A stretch of 63,632 nucleotides of DNA, counting the filler, from Choristocarpus tenellus KU-1152 (lineage: Eukaryota; Protista; Phaeophyceae), in assembly GCA_964200185.2 (NCBI GenBank). It is 11 parts of 11 records of this genome, joined end to end, with 100 filler letters (N's around TTAATTAATTAA, not from the genome) between each part and the next. Parts side by side here need not be neighbours in the genome. Positions count along the whole stretch, not along the records: positions 20,553 to 27,435 come from CAXNAD020007148.1; positions 27,536 to 30,863 come from CAXNAD020020773.1; positions 30,964 to 36,943 come from CAXNAD020009252.1; 8 more parts are not named here. One strand, given 5' to 3'. A program made the translations under genes and the position numbers. This document shows positions 23,744 to 36,100 of this stretch, piece by piece. The notes under the pieces are model-generated. The model did no database searches, was not told where the DNA came from, and saw only the letters and a list, made by a program, of their open reading frames with translations. Each line of letters starts with the position of its first letter. Within the stretch, counting starts at the first letter, position 1.

Positions 23744-24689
23744 TTTCCAATTCAAATGTCTCCTTCTTCTTCTGGCTTAAAATGCTGTAGGACTATTGAT
23801 GCAAAAGGATGACGGCAATAGTTATGTCAAAGTGCTGCTTTCCTTGAGAAGCTTTAACATGTATGTGCTTCCCATTGTCCGTAGTCCAAGACAAGCGGAT
23901 AATCCTTTTAACCTCCGTGTTCATCTCGTTAGGTTAAGAGTACAGGCAATGGTTTTGTATGGCGGTTTCACAAACGCCATCGTGAATTAATTTGTAGGTA
24001 CTATATTGTTTATTATTCGGATTATTTCTGGAGTTAGGATTGAGGTAAATACTACAGTATATGAATAACAGAATTGTTTTTGGTTCACTCCCAGCATTCA
24101 TACCTTTTTAGTCCCACTCGTTGCTTCCATCTCGTTTTAGTGGGCCTTTAATACAGCGGTGGTAAATTCACATCTGTGTTGGCGCGTGAATGGTTGTCTG
24201 CCTTTGCAGTTCTCCTTTAAAGATTCGACGTTTTTCCTTCAGTTTCCTCTACTTCTGGATTGTTTTCTTGGTTTCTGTTCAGAATTCAATAGCTGTTGGT
24301 CCTGGTCGACGGTCACGTATCGTTTTTGTGGGCCTTGACGCCTATGATGATAATTCGCGTCAGCGTCGGTGAGTGCTTCTCTGGGTTCGATTTTCCTATG
24401 GCCACTTGATGTTCGGTTTCCTGAGGACTCTCCTCTAGGATTTTGGTTTCTATGAAAGGCTACCTCCTATACGCACGTTTTGTTTTGCCGTTTGATTTTG
24501 CGCTTCACTGAAACTCTGAACGGGAAAAGAGAACCGAACACGTGTCGTTGTTGCAAGCTATACTAGATTTCAGTTCGATTATGCCGACGCCATGTATTGT
24601 ACAGGACCTCCCAGTATCACCATCACACCACTCCACCGTAACGTCTAAGGCTGGAGAGTCAATAATACCGATACAATTTTCTTGGAATC

Positions 24690-26224
24690 ATGGCTTGTGA
24701 CGATGCGACTGCGGGCATAGACTTCGAGTTGAATGCTGTAGTGTCATGGGTACTCAGGAGATTGAAGAACATGCGTGGTTCAAAGATGACTGCCAGTCAT
24801 TTGAAGCCGTTCCCATTGCCTATCCGGCAAGGTCCGTGAAGGCATGCGGAAGCACAGTTTAACGGAATGCGAAACATGCCTTGACAACGCAAGCATAAAT
24901 GGATGTGGTGGTCCCTGGATTCTTGAAGTGGTTAGGAGAGAAAGCCCTAGACCTGGCCCCCCCTGTCTCTTACGAACGAAGTGTTGGTGCAGACAACATT
25001 GGGAACCGGAAAGAAAAATTTTCCGAAGACATCCTATGTTCGAACATTTCGGTATGGTCCAGGTGGACTAAGGCGCAGAAGATTGTCATCAACGTGTAGA
25101 TCTCCCTCTGGCTGACGTGAGTAGGACGGTAGATGATGCTTGAGCTCCGGCTGCATTGCACTTCACTTTCGTAGGTTACACAGCTGAAATCCATTATCAT
25201 AATGCTCAATGGGGAACATCTTAACCTACACACATCCAACGCTTTTCTTGCTTCTCAGTCTTGTTCCCGCAGGGAAGTTGCGGTCTGGGGAGTAGGAGAC
25301 GGACTGCCTGCAGGAGCTGTGCGACCGGTTGTGGGAGGAACAGGAGAAAGCGAGGATTACTGGGAGTACCATCGACCTTGTTGGGGGGGGGGGGGGGGCG
25401 GAAGGGGAATCCCCCGGGGGGACGGGGGCGAAGGGGGGGGGGCCGGGGGCGGGGGGCCCCACTCCCAGTCCTGCTAGCGACACCCCAGAAAGGCTCAGTC
25501 AGGAACTACCCTCTCTTGGATCAGGGGGGAGACCTTTGCCCCAGGTTTCCCTTATTCCCCCCTCTCCAAAAAAAATGCCAAATGGTTGTGTCCTTCCATA
25601 TCCTGCTCTGTTTGTAGTATATGGGCTCCCGTCCAATGATGTACTCCAAGACTTTGACATTTGTGTTGGAGAGGGACCCCCACAAGGAGGGTCCACGTCC
25701 TCATGTGACTTAAGCAAGGATGGGGGGTCGGTGGAGTCCTCTTCAATGGAGAGGGTGTGGAGGCAATGAGGGTGTCCGGGCTAGTAGCAAACCCAGGATA
25801 GAGGAGCCAACAGCAGTTACGGAGAGCTGCTGAGGAAGACTTGAAGTTGGAAGCAGAGTCAAGAGAAAAAAGTAGGATGAATGACCACATTATTCGTGCC
25901 CTCATATCCACATTGGATTATGCAGATAGATATATGAGGAGACACGTAGACATAAAGGTAGAAAAGGCTACTGCTAGGGAAGATAGGCACATTTTTGATG
26001 GAATGCTTAAAACTGCTAAGCAAGCTTGGAGGACTTTTCAGAAGAGTGGTGAAACTGTCGAGGCAGTAGAGTTCTGTCGGAAACGGTATCAGCAACTTGT
26101 GGCAGTGAGGATGAACCCGAATATCGGTGGTGCTGGGATTATGATGTTGGGAATTGATGGGACAATGGTGAAGGGGGGGTTGACTTGGGGGCTTTGGGGA
26201 CAGGCAGCAGTAGTGGGGGGATAG
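24690..26224 (+). pseudogene. Degenerate coding region convergent on the Harbinger transposase; candidate Harbinger accessory ORF
   Basis: Broken ORFs 24899-25099, 25329-25769 and 25841-26224 on one strand. Their position fits the two-gene PIF/Harbinger layout. No domain was positively identified. Confidence 0.35.
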
Positions 26225-26989
26225 ACTAGGGGAATCAGCTGTGACAACACAGCTGTTAGTGTAGTGCTCAGTAGTCTTTGACAGTGGTCCTGTGCACATA
26301 GGTGTGCCATCACACTGGACGGTATTGGCAAATATTTGTTTACATTTGAGGTAATTTTTTATCAAATGGAATTTATTTTTGTGTCAAGTCCTCTAATCTT
26401 GGACATCTGATGCACTAACCAAACAAAGCTGTCAACCCTGATCTTGTATCATGACCTTGAGCAAAGTTAAAGTAATGATGATGATCCAGCACTCTTCAGA
26501 AGGTTGGGGTATAATATTATTATCCACTGCTCAGAACGAAATGAGAGCTGCTCTTGTCCATGAGAACAATGTTTACCTAACATTGTCACAATCAGTGCCA
26601 ATTAATTCTTACTTTTGACTATGGACTTTCAACCATTCTCTGTATTGTGCTGACAAAATGACTCTGTCCGGTATTACTTCTTCCTACCTCTTCTTTCATG
26701 TACTTCACAAAAAGTACAATACCAATTGTACCGTTACCTATCACACAAAGTGTCAACAGCGCAAAATGCAAACCACTGTTTCACAAACAAGATTCCATCA
26801 CCAGGACCTCATCCAAACAACCTCACCGTTTTCTTCCTTGTACTTGTAGTGTGCTGTCAACTTCCTCCTAAGCTCATCAAATCCAACCTCCCTCTCCACA
26901 TACTCCTCAGATCCCCCTCCCCCCTGGTCCCTTGGCATGCCCATCTACTTGTAATCAGTGTAAGGGTCACTGTAGAAGGCATCATGCAA

Positions 26990-27435
26990 AACCAGCATCC
27001 CCTGTCCAGTCAGTGTTACCCTACAACTCTTCGAGGCCATCATATGAATGAAGCATGTTTTGCAATATGCAACAAGTGAAAAATATGTTATCTATCTTCT
27101 TCCTGAGCGAATGCAGTAGTGGCAGTTGAGGATTCTCAAGCGGCCCTTGACTCTGCCAATAAAGTACTCGACATCCTTGCATACACTCTCCACTCATTCG
27201 CTCCAGACCCAAAGTATCTGGGGGGGAGATGTCCATTTGGACCAAAATCAGAAAAAGTTTATTTACATTATCCATCCAATGTACGCAACCAAATCACCCA
27301 AGAATCGCGACATGAAAAAATTGACCCCAAATGGACAGCCGCCACCCCCCCCCCCCAGATACTTTGAGCCTCCACCTTGCCTGCTCCTGTGTGACCGATT
27401 CTTTGAAGGAACAAATCGTGGACCTCCACCGCAAA
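26990..27435 (-). pseudogene. PIF/Harbinger transposase C-terminus, interrupted by MITE B
   Basis: WSE*VESVCKDVEYFIGRVKGRLRIL ... KKIDNIFFTCCILQNML, i.e. R..VE..FG.LK.RFRIL / CC.LHN-type motifs. Confidence 0.8.
27206..27370 (-). mobile_element. MITE family B inserted in Harbinger transposase, TSD TCCA
   Basis: GACCCAAAGTATCTGGG...CCCAGATACTTTGAGCC; TCCA on both flanks. Confidence 0.92.
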
Positions 27436-28482
27436 NNNNNNNNNNNNNNNNNNNNNNNNNNNNNNNNNNNNNNNNNNNNTTAATTAATTAANNNNNNNNN
27501 NNNNNNNNNNNNNNNNNNNNNNNNNNNNNNNNNNNCTGCGATTGGCAGTAATCTTTGGCTCTGTGATGAAGCGACGGGAGAGGAAGTACAGCGCCAACCA
27601 CTGTTGTCGACGTTGATGAGAGATTGTTGGAGGCAGCAGATAGAGGGGAGAGAGCATGGGGGGGGGGGAAGAAGAACTACTGTGTGAGCATGTTCAACTT
27701 GGAAGGAAATTTTGTGAAGTCAAGATTAGACTTGTTTTATCCTTTATGCTTGCATTGGTTCTATTGGTGTAGTTAAGCGATGGATATCTTGAGTTCCTTG
27801 AAAGCACTTTCTCCACACATGATTGATAGAGACCCCGGAGAGAGTTTTGTGGTGGCTGTGGGTCACTCAATGTCTGGGTTGTGTCACTCTTTCCCATCTG
27901 TATGCCCGCTTGTGGTTTTGTGCACATTTTCATGACTAGCCTGTAGGGTGTCTGGCGACAGCTACAACTATGCACACATCTAACTATCTAAACTTCAGGG
28001 ATGGGACAGTGGAAAAGGCAGACCAACACCAACTGGAGAGTAGTGAAGGATCTTGAGGATAGACCTGGAGTAGTGTCATAGCAAGTGTTTCATATCTTGT
28101 CCCCTGTAGGAAAGTATATGTACTAGATCTAATGAAGTATATTCCAGTAACTAATGACTCTAATCTTTTCATCACTCATAATTTGCTAGCGATAACAAAA
28201 ATATGTTACTCCAGGTCGTGCTATGTAGGGCTTGTTTTGACATGGTCTATTGCTTATCATTTTTTTCAACATAGACTCCTTTGCATGTGTTCCCCAAAGC
28301 AGTGCTCCATCAATCTTTCCATCCACTCTGATCCAAATCCTCACAGTTTGTACTTGATATTTCTTCCAACTATTTGAATCACCTGACTTCAGGGAGAGGC
28401 AAGGAATTTTCTAAGGCCATACAAGTGCCAACCTACCAAGATGACCCCACCTCTGATCAGACTGCACGTCTTGTCACACCAT

Positions 28483-28741
28483 GAGTCGAAGTATCTTAGA
28501 GGGTAGAGCTGCGTCCGTTTGGGGGCCAAAATCCAATGTTACGATTTTGATTTAATTTTGGCTATCGTGGTTGTTAGGAAGTGTCGATATTCTTGTTCTG
28601 TACACACCTTTTCATAACGTGTACATTTTACCTGACTCTGAAACATTCTGGAGTAGGAAAATGCCATAAAAACCTTGTGGGAAGCCAAGCCCCAAATGGA
28701 CAAACAGGGCAAAACTCGTACCCTCTAAGATACTGTAGATG
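28483..28741 (-). mobile_element. MITE family A (one end eroded), next to a CFAP61 exon
   Basis: Reverse copy; right terminus diverged; TSD ambiguous (CAT?). Confidence 0.85.
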
Positions 28742-28802
28742 CATACACCTCCTCTTTCCACACAACTGTTCTCAGCCTTGACTCCACTACTTTGTGTCGC
28801 AC

Positions 28803-29783
28803 CTCATGTTCAGATCTCTCCCTTCCTATACCCCTCATTTTCCACCCATCTTCTCTCCCTTCAAAAATATCATTTTCCTCTGGTTGGGGCTGCATGCACC
28901 GCCTTGGTCTCACAGGGACCATATGCCAGGGGACAGATGAGGGAAGATCTGAACTTGAAGGTGACTCCCAGAACACCACTGCCTTGTCATACAAGCGCAT
29001 AACCTTGGAGGAGAGCAAGGTGAGAAAGAAGGGCAAGTAGAGGGGCAAATGGGGGAGAGATAGGGAATGGGGGAGGGAGACGGGAGACGGTCGATAGTGA
29101 GAGGGTAAAGCTGACTTAGGCAGGATAACGTTATACCCCACTGAACTCCCAACCCACCACCAATGCGACCAGTACTGAGTATCAACAAGGCCTATGCTGG
29201 GTCCAAATTTTACAAGAACAGGCTGCTACTTTTTGCATGGGAGGCAAGGGGTTTCATCTATATAGAAGTAATCACCAGATTTCGACACTTTCCCTCCCCT
29301 ACTTGTACCCATCCGCCCAAACTTGTTTCTCTGAAACTGAGGTTAATCAGCCTTGTCAGTCACCCCCCACACCCTGAATTAACACAAGCACAAGCACAAG
29401 CACAAGCATGTGGGTTGGGTGGCAAGCTTATTTCCCTTTGCCTAGGGTACAACCAATTTAGCAATTGTTCACCCTGAAGTAGGGCTGTCCTACCATCACC
29501 AATGCTGCAATTATGAGAAAAGGGACAGAAGATAGGCACGGACCTCCTTCAGCACAAATCTGCAGTGTCCAAAGAAAATAGGGTTCAGCGCTAAGGCAGT
29601 CAACACAGCTTGGTTCCTCTGTCTGTGCCTGTCAAAGGCCACAAAGTCTTCCGTTCTGTACTTGGAACGGAAACAATGGATCCTGTCCGTTGTGCACAGC
29701 TCTCTTTCTGCAACAACAACTCCCACCACCTGGCGCCCTAGGGTTGCCACGAAAGCTGCAGATGGGGGATTTTCTGAGAGTTC
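28803..29783 (-). CDS. CFAP61: Cilia- and flagella-associated protein 61, two internal exons (partial)
   Basis: Exons 29783-29544 and 29003-~28803 with AG/GT borders, phase 0. Translation AFVATLGRQVVGVVV...FRSKYRTEDFVAF...ALNPIFFGHCRFVLKE|VMRLYDKAVVFW...MVPVRPRR matches the CFAP61 N-terminal domain motifs I recall (IRSHYNIEDF, LNPIF...FLKEILRL, VPVRPRR). The end of the second exon is uncertain. Confidence 0.85.
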
Positions 29784-29995
29784 CTGTGAAACAGAAGGGA
29801 GGATATGGAGGTTGACTATGTCTACAAACAAAGCAGGATTTGTTCGTTTGTCTCATTTGGTAAGTGGTGAAAGAGAAAAAATAGAAAGAAGAGGAAAGGT
29901 TTTGTACTGCTGAGCCAGGGGATAGCGATGCCGTGGAAACATTGTGAGTTCTTGCCCCATGTGAGATCCTCCCTATATGAACTCTGTGCATATGT

Positions 29996-30253
29996 GAGTG
30001 AAAGTATCTTAGAGGGTACGATTTTTGCCCTCTTTGTCCATTTGGGGCTTGGCTTCCCACAGGTATTTTATGACATTTTCCTACTCCGATATGTTTCGTA
30101 GTAGGTAAAATGTGTACATTATGAAAAGGTGTGTCTGGAACAAGGATATTGACACTTCCTAACAAACATGATAATCAAAATTACATCAAAATCGGAACAT
30201 TGAATTTTGACCCCCAAATGAACACGGCTCTACCCTCTAAGATACTTTGACTC
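29996..30253 (+). mobile_element. MITE family A, TSD TGT
   Basis: Full copy with clean GAG...CTC termini; 3-bp TGT flanks. Confidence 0.92.
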
Positions 30254-30630
30254 TGTGTGCGTGGGTGGTACCAGGAAGGGAGAGATTGCCCGAAGGACAG
30301 TGAAAGCAGCAGTACTTCACTTCAAAGTATTTTCCTTTCTGATTACTCAATCTACTAGCATGCAGGGAAGCGGTAATCGAGAAGTTTGTGAATGTCTAAG
30401 GGTTAGGTCTAAGTGCTAGGTCTAAGTGCTAGGTCGTGGCAATAGGTCGAACAATGGTTGGTTGTATTAAAAATATAGAACGACCTCTCAACTCTTTGGT
30501 GGCGATCCACTCAAAGTTTAAACACAGCTCAGAAATTAACCTGCAACGTGTGGAGGCAGGAAAATGTGAGGTGAGGTAGGTCAAGAGTACATCAGATTTC
30601 TTTGTTTTAGTCGCCTTCTTTGTCCTCCTT

Positions 30631-30807
30631 GACACAAAATATCTGGGGGGGGGGTCTACACCAGGGTGTCCATTTGGGGCATAACCAGGAGAAGTGCACT
30701 TACATTATCCATCCGACATATCCAACCAAATCACCCAAAACTCGCGACATAAAAAAAATGGCCCCAAATGGACAGCTGCTACCCCCCCCCCCCAGATACT
30801 TTGAACC
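30631..30807 (-). mobile_element. MITE family B, TSD CCTT
   Basis: GACACAAAATATCTGGG...CCCAGATACTTTGAACC; CCTT on both flanks. Confidence 0.9.
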
Positions 30808-33139
30808 CCTTGCCGCGGCCGCAAAAGAGATACAAAAACTCCACACATGAAAAAAAAACCACANNNNNNNNNNNNNNNNNNNNNNNNNNNNNNNNNNNNN
30901 NNNNNNNTTAATTAATTAANNNNNNNNNNNNNNNNNNNNNNNNNNNNNNNNNNNNNNNNNNNNCCCCCCTCCCAGATACTTTGGGTCATTGCAAAATGAG
31001 TAAGAACAGATGTGTATAACCCCATTAACAGATGTGTATATATAACGGGTAGGCATTATGTTGTGTAAACCCGCATAAAGAGTGCTCAGCTCTACGAGAG
31101 ATAGAGCGAGAAACACACATAAAGGACTTCCCGAACAAAGTTTTAGAGAAAATACTCTTCCTATCCCAAACTCAAGACCTTGATGGGTTCGCACCAAACA
31201 CATACGGATCCAACATCAAGGCGAGGACCAGTAATGCATAGGATAGGGATGTAACGTGGACTTGGCGGTGGTGACCATATTCCTCCGCAGGTAAGAATGT
31301 CAACTAGGGCTGCCACATAAACTTGTTCGTGAAGACTAATTCTAAGGTCTTCACTAACCTCCAATCCCCACTCTAGGGCTTCCTTCACCGCTTCCATTGC
31401 GTTTGTGAGTCTCTCCTTCTGAGCTTCGCTGGCCTGCAAGTTGCAAGCGGGGCGAAACATTCAAGGTTACCATCACAACGTACCTCAACAACGTGCAGGA
31501 AATTGGTACACTTCAAAAGTTCCATAAGAGCCGCTTGTGCCTATAGTGTTCTTTCCATACGATGTTGAGCATTATCCAATTGTTATACCCTCCATTCAGG
31601 GCCAAACCGTGTGAACAGAAGACCGCGACGGTGAGCGCCAGGCGTCGAACTCGAGGCGGAATGGGTTTAAGGCCTGGTATTTCACTTGGAACATTCACCC
31701 GGTCTTCCCTACTACGCAGTATATTCTAGAGTGATGATTGAAAGCGAAACGGCAGGGCAAGAGTCCCTTCCACTTGTAGAACATCTCTCCAAGAAGATTG
31801 AAGCCCTGAATACTCTAAAGTCGTCATCCCTACTGGGTTTGGTTCGTGGGGAAAAAGGATACCAATAACAAAGGTTTAGTCAGTTTTACCATCTTCCGAA
31901 CATCCATTCAAGATTTCTGTGGTATCGCGACTAACTTTCATATCTCTTTCGTTGTCCCTCATAGTTATCGACAAGTTGAACTAGTTCTTTCACGATAGTT
32001 CCAACACTCGAAATGATTGGCACACCACTGTTTGCCACTACTGCAGCCGTTTTCCTTGTCCCTTCCTGTACAACGTCTCTTTCGTATGTCGGCGGATTTT
32101 GATGTGTGCGAGATGTAGAATTTGTCAAATAAATATTCCAACACATACTTAAACCGTACACCACTATAATTACAAGTAGTACTATATAGTACCATCTAGT
32201 AGTACCACACTATACCAATAGTAGTGTATAGATGTTTTCTGTATCAAAGACCCCCTTACCTCTGGAATAAGTGTTGAAAGTCCTGAACATATTAATTTCA
32301 CTCTCTATAGAGGGTTGTGGGTTTATTTTACTAGCGGATTGTGCAAACTCGCCGTCTTTGCGATTGGCCATGCCAAATTCCACTTCCCTTATCTGTGTTT
32401 GATTCGGAGCATTCCCTGTACCAAGCAGAACGTTCTGGACTTGCACCTACGTTGATTTGTGACCTCGGCGACACTTGAACATCACAGCACAGTTTGTACA
32501 CCTCTCCAGATTGCAACCCCACATTGTAGAATTGTAGTGATGGCGGCCCCTTCCTTACGGCGGCGTTGTATCTTCACCCTCTGCGTCATGAGCAGCCAAT
32601 CTGGCTGCCAACAGTAATGGGGGGTATTTGCTCCGTTTTTGAATGAATTGCGTCTGCGCACCTTGCAGCCTGTTTTACACTGTAAGGCTATGCTATAGCT
32701 GCGCTGTGGAATTCTGTTCGCTTCTTCCCGACGAGATTCAATCATCTATCCCAAGTACAAATACAAACCAGGAGGTGGTTGAGAAGGTTGAGCAACCGGT
32801 GTGGGGAATATGTAACAAGGAAGAAAGACGAAGGGAGACCTGCTCCAAAAGGTAATATTGCAGCTGCGAATCGGTTGTTGGAAAGAGGTGCAATGGGACA
32901 AGTTTCTAAACAACGAAGAACAAAACCATGAGCAGTACTGGTGCATCAAGTTAGTGGGGTTTGATCAAGGGCAATGTTAACGAGTTGTTTGCTTCATTGC
33001 TTATGTTGCATTTGAAGCGTGTGTCTGTCTTCTAGAACTCATTCTTCCGAATAGTCCCAATGAAATCAGGCAGATAACAATCTTCGCTGACCAAAGCGAT
33101 CCAGGAGCCCAGCAGTAGTGTCCATCAGGTGACCACCAT

Positions 33140-36100
33140 GGGTCAAAGTGTTTAAGGGGGTGGGGTGGTTGATGAGGGTCTTCGTGACTGAAGACAGCAG
33201 TTCCTATGATTTTTGAGTACTTCATCCGGACCGAAACGGACGCCCCCTCACAAACCACCACCTCCTACGATACTTGGACCCGGTCACCGTCCTTGTATGA
33301 AGTATTTTGGGCTAAAATGCAATAAGGATGCACGCTTGGCGCTTGAGTGGGTGTAGGCTACGTTGTTATGGTTCAGGGGAGTTGTCGTTTGGGTTCAAAG
33401 CCTGGAGTCTGCTGGTTGCCTCCGCTTTGGTTAGGATGTGGAAGATTTGACATATGTTGTGGAAATCTCAACTTGTGCTGAATATGGTGAAGTGGAGTAT
33501 GAGATGTTTGTGCATGAACATCGTCCTGGTGAGGTTCCTGCCAATTGCTCTGTGGTCCTATCAGCGCAAAGGGCAGAAGAAAAAGGATTGGGGCGGCATT
33601 GCAGTAAAGGTATTAGAGAATGGTGGCAGAACGCACTAATGGAGACGAAATTTAGGTTGCCAAGGTGCCAATAAATACATGTGTACGAGGAGACATAAAC
33701 ACAAACTCTTCGGGAGGAGAATAAATTCAATATATATATCAAATGCGTTAGTCCGTTGTTTTTTGGAACGTATGACCCCTGTCCATCATAATATGTCTGT
33801 GGAGGCACGTGTCTGACTGGCGAAGTGGAGGGTGACTCATGAACAGATGTTGGCCTCTGTTGCTTCTCAAAGCCATGGCTGTCGTCAATATGGTGGCTGT
33901 GTAGGACTTACCCAGAACCAGGCCCGTTTAGGAGGTTCTTGGTCAATGTCGTTGTAGTGTTGGACAAGGAGCTGCATATTTCGCAAGTTGCCATTCTCCA
34001 TGACCTTGTGGGGGTAGATTGACTGGCCTTTCACTAACTTAGACCGTGTGTAGTGGGGCTGGTACTTGGTCACGGTCCCTCGCATCCGCTGATCGTTCCA
34101 TCCGAAGCATAGTCCCCTTTCCTTGGTTCTGGCATTGAGCGTTACTCACTCATCTGAATCCGGCACATATAACTCAGTGTCGGTTGAAGGGGTCTATATT
34201 TCTATATATAGGCCTGTTCATGTCCCCACGCTTTCGTGCCCGACAGCGGAGTCGGACACACAGGGCTGCAGTCTCGTCACTGTCCCTCTTTTGTTCTTGT
34301 CTCGAAATTGGTTGACACCCTCTTCGATCACATCCTCTGTTATGTTCGACCCCGGTTGAGGCGGGGTGCATATTTTTCGCCATCGTCCGGGAGGTAGGAC
34401 ATTGAGTAAATGTACGCCTCTGAAACATCTACGTGAATATCGCTGACCTTCCCCTGTACGATTGACCCCCCACTCGCGCGTAGGATGAAGCTGGTCCCTC
34501 AACCGAATCTGGCTTCGGGCATATCCCTAAGTCTGAGTTGCCTAGAGAAGCGAGCAGGTATCCTACCAAGCGATTGCCGGTTGGATTCCGAGGCGAACCT
34601 CTGGTATTGACCAGGCAGGATCCTGAATGTGTTGTCCAGGTGGTTGTGGTTGATGTCTGTGAAGTCTGGGATGATGATATCCTGAAGGGGCACGACTCGG
34701 GGGCCCGGTTATACGTCCTGCATCGCCACAAACATGTTCGTTGCGGGGGCTGTGTTGGTGTGTAGGACAATTGGAATGTGTTTGCGCGTGATGTCCTGGC
34801 TTAGCTGTATGAGTTTGTTTTTTTTGAGAAACACGGATAGTTTTATATGGATGATGGAGGATACACTTAGACAGCGAAACGAACGTATGGGACGCGTTTA
34901 TTCGCCTACGTAAGTTGTGAAATATTGCTTGAAAGGTGTCAGTGGCAATTGCAAGTTGGGAGAACAAAATGACACTGGTTTGGATGCCAGGGTTGAACGT
35001 TATGGGGGAGGAATTCTATGCTGATTAGAGGGGATATGAGGGGATATGTGACATGTGTATAGGGACAGCGTGGATTCATTCGTGTGGGGCATTGTTTTGT
35101 GTTGGAAGCGATAAGAAGCGTTACCCACCATGTCCGTCCGTGACATGCGGATAGTTGGCACGCCATCAATGAAGCTGGCATTCAGCACCTCGAAGTCTTC
35201 AGTGACAAAGACGATCTCATCTCCAGCACTGAACACCCCTCCGTAGCTGGAGTGGCGTCTGGCGTTCCATTGAATAGTGTCCTTGCGGTGGACAGTGAAT
35301 GGCAAGAACTCTATACCATTGTACTCCGATGGCTGCATCCGCACAATGCATATGTTCCCCTCGGTGAGCTGTCTCTTCTTCCTGGACAGCTGACTTCTCA
35401 AATACATATCACCTGTTCCCGCTTCGGTGGAAAATCCGAGGTCTATTTGCTTGAGTGGGGGCATGTGGATTGGTTGCCACCTGCATTGGGCGAGGTTGCC
35501 GATGGAACAGTTTGTGCAGTATCACGGCAGTTAGGTGCATACCAATGTACGGGAGCCGTCGGGTATGAGCTGACCAGTGAAGAACCTGTGCATGGACTTG
35601 ATTCCACTGAGGTTCGGGACACATGGGTCGTGTCGTCCCGCGCGGTCAATCTTGTAAGACGGAAGGTGGACTATCTCCTGTGTGCGGAAAGTGTGGATGT
35701 GTAGAAGTTTTGTGTATGTGTTACTGTGGCGTCTGCCATCCCTGTCCCTCCAATCCTAAGGGTTGTGACGATTCGACGTATGAGGGGAGGGGCGGTTAGT
35801 GATGGAGTTAGCGTCGGCACCGAGGCATCGTGCTGTGACCGCTTCTATGTGATTGCATATTTCCTTTGTATTGAATAGTGATACCTCTATCGCAGTAAGA
35901 AGTGTTTGATAACGACGGATGGGGGTGTGTGATGAAACCCAAAATCTGGAGTTTCTTTTGGTTAGTTTTTGCTGACTGGCGGACTAACGAGAAATAGAGT
36001 GTTGTGGTTGCAAGACCGCATGGACTTTGTGCGGTTGCTTGACGACCACGCTATGAGCGATCATACTGTGACTTGTATTGTCGGCATGAAGGGAAGGCAC

